NCBI GenBank assembly: GCA_905331295.1
Contig: CAJNYD010000449.1
Span: forward strand, 248,001-312,000
Reading direction: 5' to 3'
DNA length: 64,000 nucleotides
Source: Rotaria socialis
Taxonomy: Eukaryota
This document shows positions 13,612-26,129 of this stretch, in pieces. The notes below the pieces were generated by a model that ran no database searches, was not told the DNA's origin, and saw only the letters and a program-made list of their open reading frames with translations. The first letter of the stretch is position 1. Each line of letters begins with the position of its first letter. Made by a program: the position numbers and the translations under genes.

Positions 13612-15003
13612 GCAGCAACAGCAACACTCACAAGAACTACCACCAATACCTTTAGTACCGTCGTCGGCAGCTATGATGATGATGGGAATTAAGCAAGAAG
13701 ATAGGAACTTATCTGTACGTCTATTATATTCAATATATGTGAAAACAAACAGTTTTTTTTATCGGCTTTTGCTTTTTTTTTTAGAAATTATCCTTTTCTC
13801 TGGATAAAGGACCACCATTACTTCATTCGTCAGGTCCGCCGCCGTCATTTCCATCGCTTAATCCTCATCATGATCCGTTATTAATGAATCGTAATAGTTC
13901 TTTATTTCATCCATTGCCATTACATGCTCTTCCCGGTGGGCCTAAACAACCGGGAACCGGGTCTAGTGGACCACCGCCATTGAATTTTCCGTCGCCATTT
14001 GGTCCATCACTACATGATAACTCTGCATTACGTCATTTCGATCCATTAAATTTTCGTTTAATGAATCCTGCAGCTGCTGCTCAATTATTTGCTGCTCAAT
14101 CACATTACAATAATAATGTTGGACGTCCAAATCCTGCCAGTTATGATCCTGCTACAGCAGCTCTTTTACTTGATCCTCGTTATCGTAGTATGATGTCACA
14201 ATTTGGTTCACCATCACAATCGTCAGCTGTATTACCTTCACCATCAAGTAGTACATCAGCATCCGCTAATGCTGCTGCTGCAGCTGCTGCCGCCGCCAAT
14301 AACACACATAACCATTCTCATATTCATTCTCATTCACATACACATCTTCACTTGGGTAATAATAATGATCCATCGTCATTATTATCAAATAATTCAGGTG
14401 GACCTGGATTACCTCCACCGCCACCACCGCCGCCACCACCACCACCTCCATCAATGATGCCATTTGGTAATCCTCTTTCAAGTAAGTTATTTGTTTCTTC
14501 TTTTTGTTTTAAACAAATTTGATTCTTATGTTCATTTGATAATAGATTTATCTCATGGTGGACCATTATTACATCAAGGTGGACCACCTCCATCATCCAT
14601 GTCAAGTCTTGAAGCTATGCATAATTTATCACGCGAACGTGAATTAATGGCATATATGTTAGCTAATGGTGCACGTTTCGATTCAATGGCATTAGCGCTT
14701 GCTACGAATCCACTTCAAGTATAATTAGTTTTTTTCTTTAGTTAATAAAAATAATCATAAACTTTTTCTTAATATTTATTTCAGATGGCACGTCATGAAG
14801 ATCTCTCTCGAATGAATGCTCGCGACAGATCAATACGTGAACATAATGAAAATGAATTTCGTCGTTTAAGTTTAGATGTTGAAAGGCAACAACAACTTCG
14901 ATTTCCATTTCATCATCAATCTGATGAGCTAGTTCGGTAAATCGGAAATTATTTTGCATTATAACTTTCATTATTTATCAGGTCTCTTTCTAGACGATTC
15001 TAA
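5657..15003 (+). CDS. RERE: Atrophin-2 / arginine-glutamic acid dipeptide repeats protein-like co-repressor (BAH-ELM2-SANT-GATA finger plus low-complexity C-terminus)
   Basis: Exons ~5657-5678, 5743-5949, 6013-6083, 6164-6269, 10554-10686, 10923-12157, 12342-12741, 12826-13122, 13188-13715, 13785-14481, 14546-14718, 14785-14936, 14982-15003. BAH (YRVGDHVYLE, VRWYYRPAE, RELFVSE), ELM2 (GEIRVGPSHQAKLP), SANT (WSDDDQKKFIKGLRQYGKNF...VEFYYLWKK), GATA-like CRHC...CYDC. If the last intron is not spliced the stop is at 14938-14940. Confidence 0.9.
7738..7800. repeat. (TAC)n/(TGCTAC)n microsatellite in RERE intron
   Basis: Read directly; it explains the spurious polyS/polyV ORFs at 7675-7876. Confidence 0.9.
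13370..13627 (+). repeat. Coding CAG/CAA trinucleotide repeats: His-rich leader + ~Q32, His-rich spacer + ~Q31
   Basis: Q runs 13397-13492 and 13532-13624 in the RERE reading frame, each built mainly as (CAG)n then (CAA)n. Confidence 0.92.
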
Positions 15004-15445
15004 ACTATGATCTATTCGGTATATTTCCACAGTGAAACACAACACAAAAGAACTTGTCTCAACAAATAAATATAAAAACAAATATATTTCAAAAGATATC
15101 TATTATCTAATCATTTCTATTATTCATTATGTAGATTAGTTTGCTTCTTCCGTCTATTATTAATATAAAACAAAAACACAAACTTATCCTTTTGTACTCG
15201 GTGCTTTTCGCCGTTTTTCTCCTTGTCATATTTTGTTTATAAACTGTACAAACGATATCATTTTCTTTTTGTTTTTTTCTTGTACTTGTTGTGCTAGTTT
15301 GTTGTGTTGGTCAGTTTTGTTTTCTTTTTTCCTCATTCTCTTTTGAAAAGTATTTTGTTTGAATGAAACAAAGAAATTCTTATACTCCTCATAATATACT
15401 TCATTATATAGAAGATCAGATAAAATGATATTGAAACCCTAAAAC

Positions 15446-15481
<36 letters not shown>

Positions 15482-15498
15482 ATCATTTATAATCATTA

Positions 15499-16009
15499 AA
15501 TAAATGTGGGAACTTCGGATTTCATCCGAGAGTTATGTGTACTGCAAAAAGTGCATGGGACATATGAGTCATTCTAGAATGTCTGAACACCAAAATTATC
15601 ATGAGAAACTAGGTAATTTGATTTCTGGATGCAGTTTTTGTGCATTTTAAGACGTTTTTCAGGCGATGTTTCATCAGAAAGTTACGGATTAGTTCAAAAC
15701 TAGTATAAGATTCGGAATCAGCGTCAAAAACTGAGTCGATTTATATATGTTGTGAATAATTCTGAGAAAGTTTGTTTTTTGAAAAAAAATTCCTGTACTT
15801 CTCCTCAGGGGTGGCCTGGTGATAACTCAACCATTTCTTGAGGGATTCTTCTCATCTTCGAACTCGACCGAGATATTCATGAGATTGAATTGTGTGGAAA
15901 ATTTCATCACAGTCTGACTCTCCTTTCGAAAGTTATCGTGCCTACGGCCGATCGGACACGTTGACCGATTCTATGGTGTACTCACTTTTTTTTTCGAGTA
16001 CACAAAAAA
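15499..16009 (-). mobile_element. Non-autonomous Helentron-associated (HINE/DINE-1-like) element
   Basis: More GC-rich than the flanks. 11-bp subterminal inverted repeat with 1 mismatch (ttatgtgtact 15533-15543 / agtacacaaaa 15997-16007); hairpin GTGTACTC...GAGTACAC 15976-16003 at one end; stem-loop TCGGAT-ttc-ATCCGA 15515-15529 just outside the other subTIR; GTCCG-like motif near 15950; A/T-run flanks. Confidence 0.6.
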
Positions 16010-16423
16010 GAACCTTGTAGATTAGTTTGGTTTTTGTTTTGAAAATTAAGGCATGTTGAAAACCTGTTTGATAAAGAAGATTGATTCTGCACATGTTTCT
16101 GTTAATTGATACAAGGATAGCAAAGTTCAATATTAACGAAGTTTCAGAAAAAAAAAGAAGCAAGAAGAGGCATTAATAGAGCGTGATAAGAAAGAAAACC
16201 ATAAATGATTGTCACGCAAAGATTATAGCAATCTATCTTTATTCCAAGGGGCTAACAACAAAAATGTTGACTCGATAATTATTTGGATTAATTTAAATAG
16301 AAAGAAAAATCTACATAATGCAAATTTATTGTTTTTGTTTTGTTTGTCTTAGTTACTAATTTTACAATAAAAAAAAATTTCTTTATTTAATAAGTTTTGT
16401 TTTTCTGTATGTAACGTTATTCG

Positions 16424-17272
16424 ATGCAAACATCTAATATAAAATTAATTGAAAAATCTGAGTTAAATCTTGATGATGATTTCAATCAAGATCAAAATTC
16501 ATCACCCGATATAAATCAATTGGCATGTAGTTTAAAGAATAAAATTTTTTCTAAATATATTTCTAATTATTTAACGGAAAAAGTAGAACAGGTAAATAAT
16601 TCAATTATAAAAAGGAAAAAGGAAAAAATGTCGATTTAAGACCTTGACTTTTGATAATTGAAGATGTGGATTCTATATGAAAAACGCATTGATAAATTTT
16701 TCAAAGAAAATCATTTCAATATAACTTGTAGCAATGCTCGTCCACAAGTGAGATATTAATCGTCCTATTATGAATATTAACAGTAGATCTTTCTAGATAG
16801 CTATGAAACTTGAAGAATTAGCTAAATATCAACAGGACAATATAGAGACATGCAAACGAGATATTGAAATCTTATGTTCTTTACGTAGACGATTACGACA
16901 CGAGAATAAATATTCAGTTCAATTACAATCAAGTCAACGTCCACCAACCAGTTCTAGTTCAATTCGTGTACCAAAAACACCACGATGTATTGATCGGTTG
17001 GATAATGATTTCATTAGGTTTTACTCAGTGACGATAAAATATTATTATTTTTGTTTAGCTCTAAAGTAACAACTGATATTTATAAAGATGATACTTATGA
17101 ATTCGATGATTCAAAACGAAATAAAATAAGTAATCAAGAATTAAATGCTTTATCGTTGAGTTCATATCAGCATAATCGTCGTCAGTGTATATTTAAACAT
17201 GGCGAAATTTTACCACTTGATTCAACAAGAAAAACTCGAACGATCAGAATTACGTATTTATGTAATAATTAA
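16424..17272 (+). CDS. Uncharacterised protein (no recognisable domain)
   Basis: Exons ~16424-16591, 16664-16747, 16797-17017, 17059-17272 join in frame through GT-AG introns; AATAAA follows the stop. Confidence 0.6.
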
Positions 17273-17382
17273 AATAAATAAATGAAATATATAGAAAAAA
17301 ATGTGTGTTAAAGTTTACTTTAAAAAGCTTATAACAATTACACAGACATGAAAACACTAAACAAAATCAAGCATTTTCTTTT

Positions 17383-17472
17383 CGATCAATGATTTAGTTA
17401 ATATTATTTCAATAAATATCAGTACGATCAATGATTTAGTTAATATTATTTCAATAAATATCAGTACGATCA
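17383..17472. repeat. Perfect 42-bp tandem duplication
   Basis: cgatcaatgatttagttaatattatttcaataaatatcagta at 17383 and 17425, plus 6 bp (cgatca) at 17467. Confidence 0.92.
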
Positions 17473-18626
17473 CGATGTAAAATAATTAGCTTACGAATCA
17501 ATATTAGTTGATATGTTTTTTTCTCAATTTAAATATATTTTTTGAAAAAAAATGATAGTGAATATCATTAACAGAGGTCAAAGGTCATACGAAATGAATA
17601 CGGTTTTTATTAGTAGTGAAACGGGAAACTAATAGATTTAAGAATATTTTTAGAATTCATTAAAAATGGATAGATTTATTGAGAACTAATAAAAATAGGA
17701 TTCTGACTGCTCTAGAATGATTCAAAACCTTTTCCTAATTATAAATGGTTGAAGTGTGTGGTGACCGATTGTTAGGGATCCCTGTGCTTTCTTGATGTTA
17801 ACAACGCGCGAGTATCATAACGATGGAACTAACTTTGTCATTGCAGAAAGAGAAGCATATATAGAGAGAATATGTGTCAGGGAATGAGTATGCACATGTA
17901 GATGAATCAAGAAATAAACATATGACTGTAACACCGATATTCCAATTTAGTAGACGCTTTTTAATTTTTGCTTCCATGAAAAACATCTATTCAATATTTT
18001 TTATGAATGATACGCAGTGATAAATTGATCTATTGTAATCGTCCTATGATCAAGACAGAAACTGTGAACTGATTAATTTATACTCTAGAGAAACGGTCAG
18101 TGTCAATGCTTTTCAGTTTATAAATATCTTTAATAGTGTGTTGAGACCTGTTGTAGATTCAATAGAAATGCACAACAAACTTATCTACCAGTTAAATTCG
18201 TTATTAGAGAAATAATGATAGTAGATTGGCCACAGTGGAATAAGACAATCAAATGTCACGAAAAGAATCGAAACAAAGCTGAACTAACGACAGAGCTATA
18301 ATCAAAATGTTCTCCTTCAAATAGCTTTGGAAAACAATTAGTCTGTCGTTTCATTCATTCTATCTTATTACGATGAAGCGTTTGAACAGATACTTTGAAT
18401 TTTACAAATTCAGTCGAAAAAGAAGAGATGTAGACAGTTGATATTAAAATTGAAAGGAATACGTTCAATAATTCTATCAAGTAGAAAATTTGATGTCAGA
18501 TATTTTTCATTTGATTATTCGGTCAGACAACTTTATTCAAAAACATAAAATGATATTACAAAAAAAAAGAAAAACAACAATAGAATACATCAATTGCGTA
18601 TTAATTATATACACTAGTATAGTTGT

Positions 18627-21026
18627 TTATTCATTTTTTAGCATATTCTTTTTGTAACGTCCACGTTTATTTCCGAACCAATTGTTCACCTAGAAAACAA
18701 CAACGTCAATAATTTGATTTTGATGATAAGAAAATGAAAAGAAAAATTACTTGAGAAATAGTAACACCACATTTACGTGCTAATTCTTCTTTAACTTGTT
18801 CCGATGGATAAGGATTCGATAAATGTGAATAAAAATATTCATTCAAGATTTTTTGTGTTGTTTTATCAAAATTTCGCCGTTTACGTCTACACAAAAGAAA
18901 GACAGTACAATTTCGAACAAGTCTAAATTTGTTGTTTTTCTTTTCTTTTCAAATAACATACCTAGCATCAAGAAACCGTGTACGTAGATTCATAACAGCT
19001 TCGCACGTATTTTGTTTCAATTGAATCTGTATTAAACACAATTTTTTTCGTACAATTGAGATCATATGTGAGATTTCCTCTGGTGTTATTGGCCGTATAT
19101 TCGATTGTTCATGAAGTAATGTTAAAACATGAGTGCAAAAATCGTTCGAATTTTTATCAAATCTTGCCAATTCAGTATGGTAAAAATGGCGAATACGATT
19201 TAATTTTTCTTCATATTCAGGATGTTCAATTTCAATTGAATTATTAACTGATGTATCATTTGGATATCGCTCAATGATACGTTCAGCTAAAAGCATTGTA
19301 TCAAGACGAGCTAATTCTTGCTTATACGAATCATCTTCATTCGATATTTGTCGCATATTGAGTCCTAATCAAGCATGAGCGAAATTGTTACATAATTTCA
19401 TTTTAAATAATCAATTTTAATAGAAACAAATTATGACTTAAATCTGCGTTACTGATTCGAGAGACAGGCGATGGCGTGAAGGAAGTTCATGTCAAATTCT
19501 TTTCCGTTATATTTCTACATTATTTTCCTGAAGAAGAATAATTATCATCCTACTAAACAGCACGTAAGTAATTTGAATTCAACGACGTCAGATTTCTTTT
19601 CTTACACGAGAAGATAATTAAATAGCAAAGTCATATTATTTTGATTCTTACGAAGACGAAAAGTAGATAATATTAACAAAGGTCTATCTAAATTTTTATT
19701 GTAAAAGATGTAATTTTTTTCAAATTGAACGGCAGATTTGCTGTTGTCTAGAAAATCGAAAGTGCTTCTAGTTTCGAAAATATGTATTTTATTATTAATA
19801 CTAGTGTTACATTGAAGCAATCAATCTATGTAACTCATTATACGTGATTTGGAAGTTTATCCAGGACAAGAAAATTCTAGTGATATTAAAATTCTAATGA
19901 ACATTATATCTTTGAGAAACAACACAAGATGAACGATGGTTAACTGAAGAAAGTTGTCTTAGGATTTGTGGAGAATTAAAATAGATTTGAAAGTATTCTT
20001 AGCACAAGAATGTGATCTAATTTTTCACTATTGCAAAAAAAGCAACATTGAACAAAATAGTTTTAATTTTGCATACTTTGATCAGTAGAAATAATTCCTA
20101 TTCATAACTGAATTATGGAGGTATCTACATGTCTAGTGTTTGTTAGCGATTGTAGACTTTTTCATGTTAAAGTTAAGAAATATAAAAGAAGTTTTAGCTG
20201 ATGTCATCTTATCACAAACAAAATTAGAAAAATAAAGTATCAAGCTGAGACGACATAAAAAAGCGGATCTTTAGGATAGAAAAAATGAAGGCAACTTTTT
20301 GTTTTTGATTTTTATCAAATAATCCCTTATAAAACGTGCCAAAAGAAATGGTCAGAAAAGTGATATTTGTTGAGAATATAATTTGAAATTTTTTTCTCTC
20401 TATAATGAATTCTAAATATTTACATCTGAAATTCGAATTTTATTATTCTGAGAATTGATTCTCTAACTATATCTGAATCAGCATGAACTTTCTAATCATA
20501 AAATGATCAACAGCGATAAATAAAAGCATGCATATTTATGACTGAAATACGTTTGGCATAGACTCGATGACAAATATTACTTCTGCAAAAATTACCGGCA
20601 ATACACATACACTCGAACTGTATTTAAATTATAATTCATTTTTATTGGAGTCGATCAAATCAAAACTCATACATTCAATAATCCATATAAATCAAAATTC
20701 GATTCAACGAAAGATTTATAACCGATAGATCGAGAAACGAACAATGATACTTAGATGCATACTAGAAAATGTTCTTTTTCATTCACAATTTTTTACTAAC
20801 CATTTTTCTGTTTAACTTCTCGAAGTATATCAAATAAGATTGGCTGCATTGGATTTCGATAAAATGCATCTTTATATTGTTGAGCATCATCTAAGCGATC
20901 ATGAATAATCGACATAATTCGATTAATTATTTGCGGTTGATCGTGATTATTCATATTTGCATAAAAAGCATTTTCAAGAGGCGTGAGAATATGATATGAT
21001 GATGACAGTTGTTCTTCGGTACTCAT
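18627..21026 (-). CDS. PBX/extradenticle-like TALE homeobox protein, divergent copy B
   Basis: Exons 21026-20801, 19364-18962, 18886-18751, 18689-18627. PBC-A/B ([32 protein letters not shown]) and TALE homeodomain RRKRRNF...[10 protein letters not shown]...[15 protein letters not shown]. Confidence 0.9.
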
Positions 21027-21299
21027 CTAAAATAATTGTTTAAAAACTTATATTTGACAAATAAAAATTCACATATAAATCTGTAAACATCTATTCGTAT
21101 ATTTCAATTACAGTAAATAAAATAATACAAAACAAAAAATATAGAACTCAAATTGCAGATCAAAAGATTTTAGTAGTCTAAAAATAGAATAAATTATTAC
21201 AAATAGAAAAATATTATTGTAATTAATTTTACTGTAGAGTAGAATATTATGATTGTGCCACACAGTTTGTGAAATGAGTTTAACTGCATAGATATTCGT

Positions 21300-22998
21300 T
21301 TATTGTTGAACTTTATTGATGCTTCTTTTATATCGAATGCGCTTGTTACCAAACCAACTGTTAACCTAAAATTACGTAAATATGATTCAATAGAATTCTT
21401 AGCAAGAAATACTTTTTTTCATGATCTCAGGCTTAAGTTTTTTAGTATATTGTAATTCGCCGCAGTCAATAGTGTAGGTCAGAGATGAAAATGATCTGAA
21501 TTTCATAGTGACAAGTTTTCGTATTCGCTAGACTCATTAAAAATTCTAAATAAGAGCGAAAAAAGCAAAATTATGAACATCGCTTACACTCTGTGTGAAA
21601 CCTATACAGGTATCTCGCTAGTCAGTAACCATTTTTACGATATTTAAAAACTTGAACATGAAAATATTATCTATCAGAAGAAAAATGGTAATATTTGTTT
21701 CTATTAAATATTCTCATTTATTCAATAGCTCGTGAAAAAAAAAGTATTTTTGCCTTATATGCTATTTGTATTCAATTCGTTTATCTTTCTAGACACAAAC
21801 CATGGTTATGTAACTAACTAGCTCCTATAATTGTATAACACGAATAGATCTTGTTATAAATTTATTCTTTTTATTGATTAGTTGCCATGCTACAAATTAG
21901 TTGTTCTGTAAAAATTACTTGTGCTACGGATATTCCACATTGACGTGCTAGTTCTTCTTTTGCTTCTTCAGATGGATATGGATTTGATAAGTGTGAATGA
22001 AAATATCCAGTAAGTGTTTCAATAGCTAATTTGCTAAAATTTCGTCGTTTTCTTCTAGAAAACAAACCTTTGTCATATTAATTCAGAAGAAAATATGCTC
22101 CGAACCTTGCATCAAGAGATCTTGAACGCAAAATCATAACAGCTTCACATGTATTCTGTTTAAGTTGAAATGGTATAGTAGAACATTTTTTTCTTATAAT
22201 TCTATTCATACTATTAAGTTCTTGTTCACTAATTGGTCTTATTTTTGATTGTTCCCATATAAGTGTTTTCACATGTGAGCAAAAATCATTACAATGATTT
22301 TCATATTTTTCTAATTCTACATTATAAATTTGACGTATTCGATCTAATTTTATTTGATAATCCGAATAATCCAACATATTGTTTTGATCCGAATTGTTCG
22401 TTAAAGATGACTGAGTTGATGCATGTCGTTCAGATATTCCTTCGGCCACAAGCATATTATTAACACGGATCAATTGTTCAGATGGTTGATCATCTATATT
22501 TGATAGTTGTCCAGTGTTAAGTGCTAAAATTACATTTAATGCATTTCTAGGGTTTATCAAAGAATATTGTGAATAATGAAAAATCGATAACAAAAATATT
22601 TCAAAATTTGAGAAAACCAGTCTTAACATTTTATCTGAAAGCTGTTTTCAAGGATATAAGGAAAATTTTGTTGATTTTAAAACTACTCGGAAGTGTTTTC
22701 TAGCAATAGAATACTTTTTTATGATGCAAAAGAAAGGCAATATTTTAAATTAAAAACAATTTAAATAAAAGAAAAGCGAATTATAAATTTTTCGACTCAG
22801 CATTATAATCTTACCTGTTTTATTCTTTATTTCACAAAGAACTTGATAGAATGCAGATTGCATTGAACTTCTATAAAACATATTTTTAGATTCTTGAGCA
22901 TTGTCAAGTGGCTCATTCAACAGAGACATAAGACGATGAATTAAATCATTTGCATAGAAGCTTGAATAATTTGGCATGATATTTCCAAAATTGTTCAT
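21300..22998 (-). CDS. PBX/extradenticle-like TALE homeobox protein, divergent copy A
   Basis: Exons 22998-22815, 22523-22106, 22054-21919, 21365-21300. PBC ([38 protein letters not shown]) and homeodomain RRKRRNFSK...[17 protein letters not shown]...[15 protein letters not shown]. Confidence 0.9.
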
Positions 22999-23684
22999 TA
23001 TTTTTATATGATTTCTATTTCACAATAAATAAACTCAAACTCCGTGTGTAAAGATACTGTCTACAATATGTTCCTCAGTCGTTAAACTCATCTAAATAAA
23101 AAAGAAAGAACAAACAAATAAAAATGAACGATAAAAGGAAAGAAAGAAAGAAGGAAAGAAAGGAGAAACTACCATTTTTTATTGGTGTGATAAATGATCA
23201 ATGGTATGTTTCTTTTAGCTAGTGACATCTAAATTTATTTATCAATATTCGAAAATCGACTATACGAACATTTTTTCATGCATCTCTATCTCTAAATTGT
23301 GATTACTTTATTTTTGTTCTCAATATTTTTCTTGTAAAACAAAGTAGGAAAACTCTACGACATTGATGCTGATAGGTTTGTATATTGGTATAACTGTCAT
23401 CGGATCAATTAAGATTAGGTTACAAATGGTACAAATGAGATGCATTCCGATAAAAGATATATTCCGTAAGAACGTTGACGAACAAGATTTATTTTCTTGC
23501 AATACGGTTGGCAGCTAGTTTTTTTTTTCTATTAGTGCCATGAACATTCTTTTTCTTAAACGTTCAAGAGAAAAAAAATGTTCTGTTTTTCTTCTTTTTA
23601 CGTTAATGGTATATTTAGTAGAGAAAATTACAGAGAGAAAACAAGAATGTCGTAAAATGTAAGATGATATTAGAATCGAACAGA

Positions 23685-24617
23685 TTACAGTTGAATCTTA
23701 TCGGCTAAATGGCGAAATCTTATTAATGCTTCGGCAAGATATATGAGACATGCAGCAAACCCAAATGTCTAAAAAACAAAATTTCGATTAGAATAAATTT
23801 GTTTTTATTTTTAAAAAGATACGTACTGCTGCAGCAGCAGCTGAACCAGTTTGCGGTTTGACATAACGATTTGGCATAACAATTGCTTGGTTATTTAGAT
23901 ATGTACTAGTTAATCGTTTTCTCAATTTATCTTCCCAACACTGGAAAAGAAAATATATTCAATTTCTACTTGATATCACGTCTTTTCTGTTTTCTTTTTT
24001 TCTACTCACAGCAACAACAACTGACATGCCAAACAGAGTAAATGCATAGATAATACATAAGAAAGCTACCTAAAGATGACAAATGTCTATTAGAAGAAGA
24101 TAAAAAAAATAATCAAATCTTTTACGCCAATCGACAGTCTATGCCATGAGTATCGATAACGAAGGCTAAATATAATATGAGCAAGAAATGAAAATAATGT
24201 TAAACCAAATATAATTATTAAAATGACTTGATCAGCTTGTTTGGTCGTATAAACATCGATATCATAAAATGCCGTCGAATCGATACCATACTGAAAGCGA
24301 TAAAAGATATGATTGACATATAAATATGTGTATATCAATCAAACGTATTCTTGTAATTATTTTTGTATACTTACTGTCGGAGTCACATTATATTTAATAA
24401 TGTTCGAATGAGAATCGGCAAGTTGAGTATAACCAGTTGATGTGAGACATACGGCAACAAAATCACCAGCAACTAATGTCTAGTCATAATAAATAGATTA
24501 GGGCTCGAGTCCATCCGCTTACTAACAGGCAAGAAAATTGCCTATTTGTGTTATACTAACCAACTCGATGAGATTGGCACAACCAAGAAGTGAAATAACA
24601 TAACTTTTATCGGCCAT
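23685..24617 (-). CDS. MARVEL-domain-like four-TM membrane protein (~194 aa)
   Basis: Six exons 24617-24561, 24479-24375, 24290-24126, 24069-24010, 23940-23827, 23768-23685, all phase 0. Four hydrophobic segments; the last reads AAAAATFGFAACLIYLAEA, resembling the MARVEL TM4 pattern. Confidence 0.7.
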
Positions 24618-26129
24618 TTTAGGAGTTTGAATAAAGGAAAAAAAACAATTGAAGGATATTCACCTATTAATAATTATATAATCGGCAAAATATCTTATCA
24701 AGGGAGATAAAAAAAGAACTATGAAATAATTACAAACAGATGAAGTTCATACGGGTTGCATTTGAAAAAATTCATTCATGGTTTAGATGTGTTATCGGAT
24801 TGTTAATCAGTATGTAATGCTATCCCACAACTTTTGACAACTATTCATAATATTTTCTTCTTTTGTCACACTCTTTGTTTTTTGGTTAGAAACATGTGAA
24901 TTATACTGTCTATGAAAGAGATGTAAATGGGCATAGATAGAGGAAACAGAAAAAGGAAATTAAGGAAAAACACGAGAAGACGACGAAAAGAAAGATGTTC
25001 GTCGGAAAAAACGAGATCGACACAGAAAACCGGCAACGCATTATACTAAGGATCATAAAAGAGCAGCAATACAAACAAAGTGTTAACTGTTGCTTTACTT
25101 TGTATTTATAGCGTATGATGAATGATAAAATATGTAAAACTAATCATAATATTGAAAAATACATTAGATGAAGCTGTAAAAGTCTATTCTAAAGATTTGA
25201 AAAAATCAAACAAAGCATATTTGTTTTGAATTACGTATTTCAATCGGCTATATCGATTCTCGATACTGTAATTTCCTCTATCAAGTGAAACGGTTTTATT
25301 GTCTGTTGTTGGTTGTATATTGTGTTTCTTGTCTTGTTTTATTGTCAAGACTAATGAAGAACATCATGGTGAACTTATTCTATTTTTCAACATCACATCA
25401 TTCGACATGTTATTGTGTTCACTGCATTTTGAAAGCATTATCTAGATGACTATGATAAAGATATTAATATATGCATATTTATGAAGAAATCAAAAGCTAG
25501 TTTAGACATATCCAAGGCTATTCTTTTGTTTTTCTTTCTTTTTCTAATGTTCTGTGTCATTAATCTTTCATTTTGGTGTTTTCTTAGATTTATTTGTATA
25601 TTTTCCAACATTCATTAAAGATTTTTCTCTTTCAAATGTAAACAATGAAATTCAGAAACAGTAGAAGAAATGTTTGACAATAAATTTAAAAAACGTGTTT
25701 ATGCGGTCGTCAAAGATTAGCATTAGTTAAGTGTGAATGACGTATCAATAGAAAGTAAACCCTGGGGTTCTCGCAGGCTATTAATAATAAGCACAACACT
25801 TTATTTAAAATGCAATAGCAACAAAATAGATCTTGTTTGTAATCCGATAAACGCTTCTGATCTTTCATCAATCAATGCCAACATTATTCATTCTATTATC
25901 TTTAATGCACGCTTGCCATTTTTGTTTTCGTTAAATTATATATGTCAAAGGTCAACCGTAAAAAAGAAATAAGCATGAAAAATTAATGTTTAAAAAATGA
26001 TTCGTAAATAGTTAAATTGGTGTGCATTCGACATGGTTGGTATCTATTAATTTAATTAAAAAGTTGAGGACTTTTTCAAGTTCCAACAATTGCATTTTCT
26101 GAGTGGAAATAGTCAAATAAGTTTTGTAT

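Noticed and set aside
13284..13655. PolyN/S, polyV/A and polyL ORFs in alternative frames
   Set aside because: By-products of the CAG/CAA repeat in RERE, not independent genes.
17383..17472. 42-bp direct repeat as a possible CRISPR-like array
   Set aside because: Only two adjacent copies with no spacers, in a eukaryotic context; a simple slippage duplication.
20796..22998. Reading the two PBX units as one double-homeodomain gene
   Set aside because: Copy A has an in-frame stop (21300-21302) with no evident donor before it, and copy B has its own ATG.
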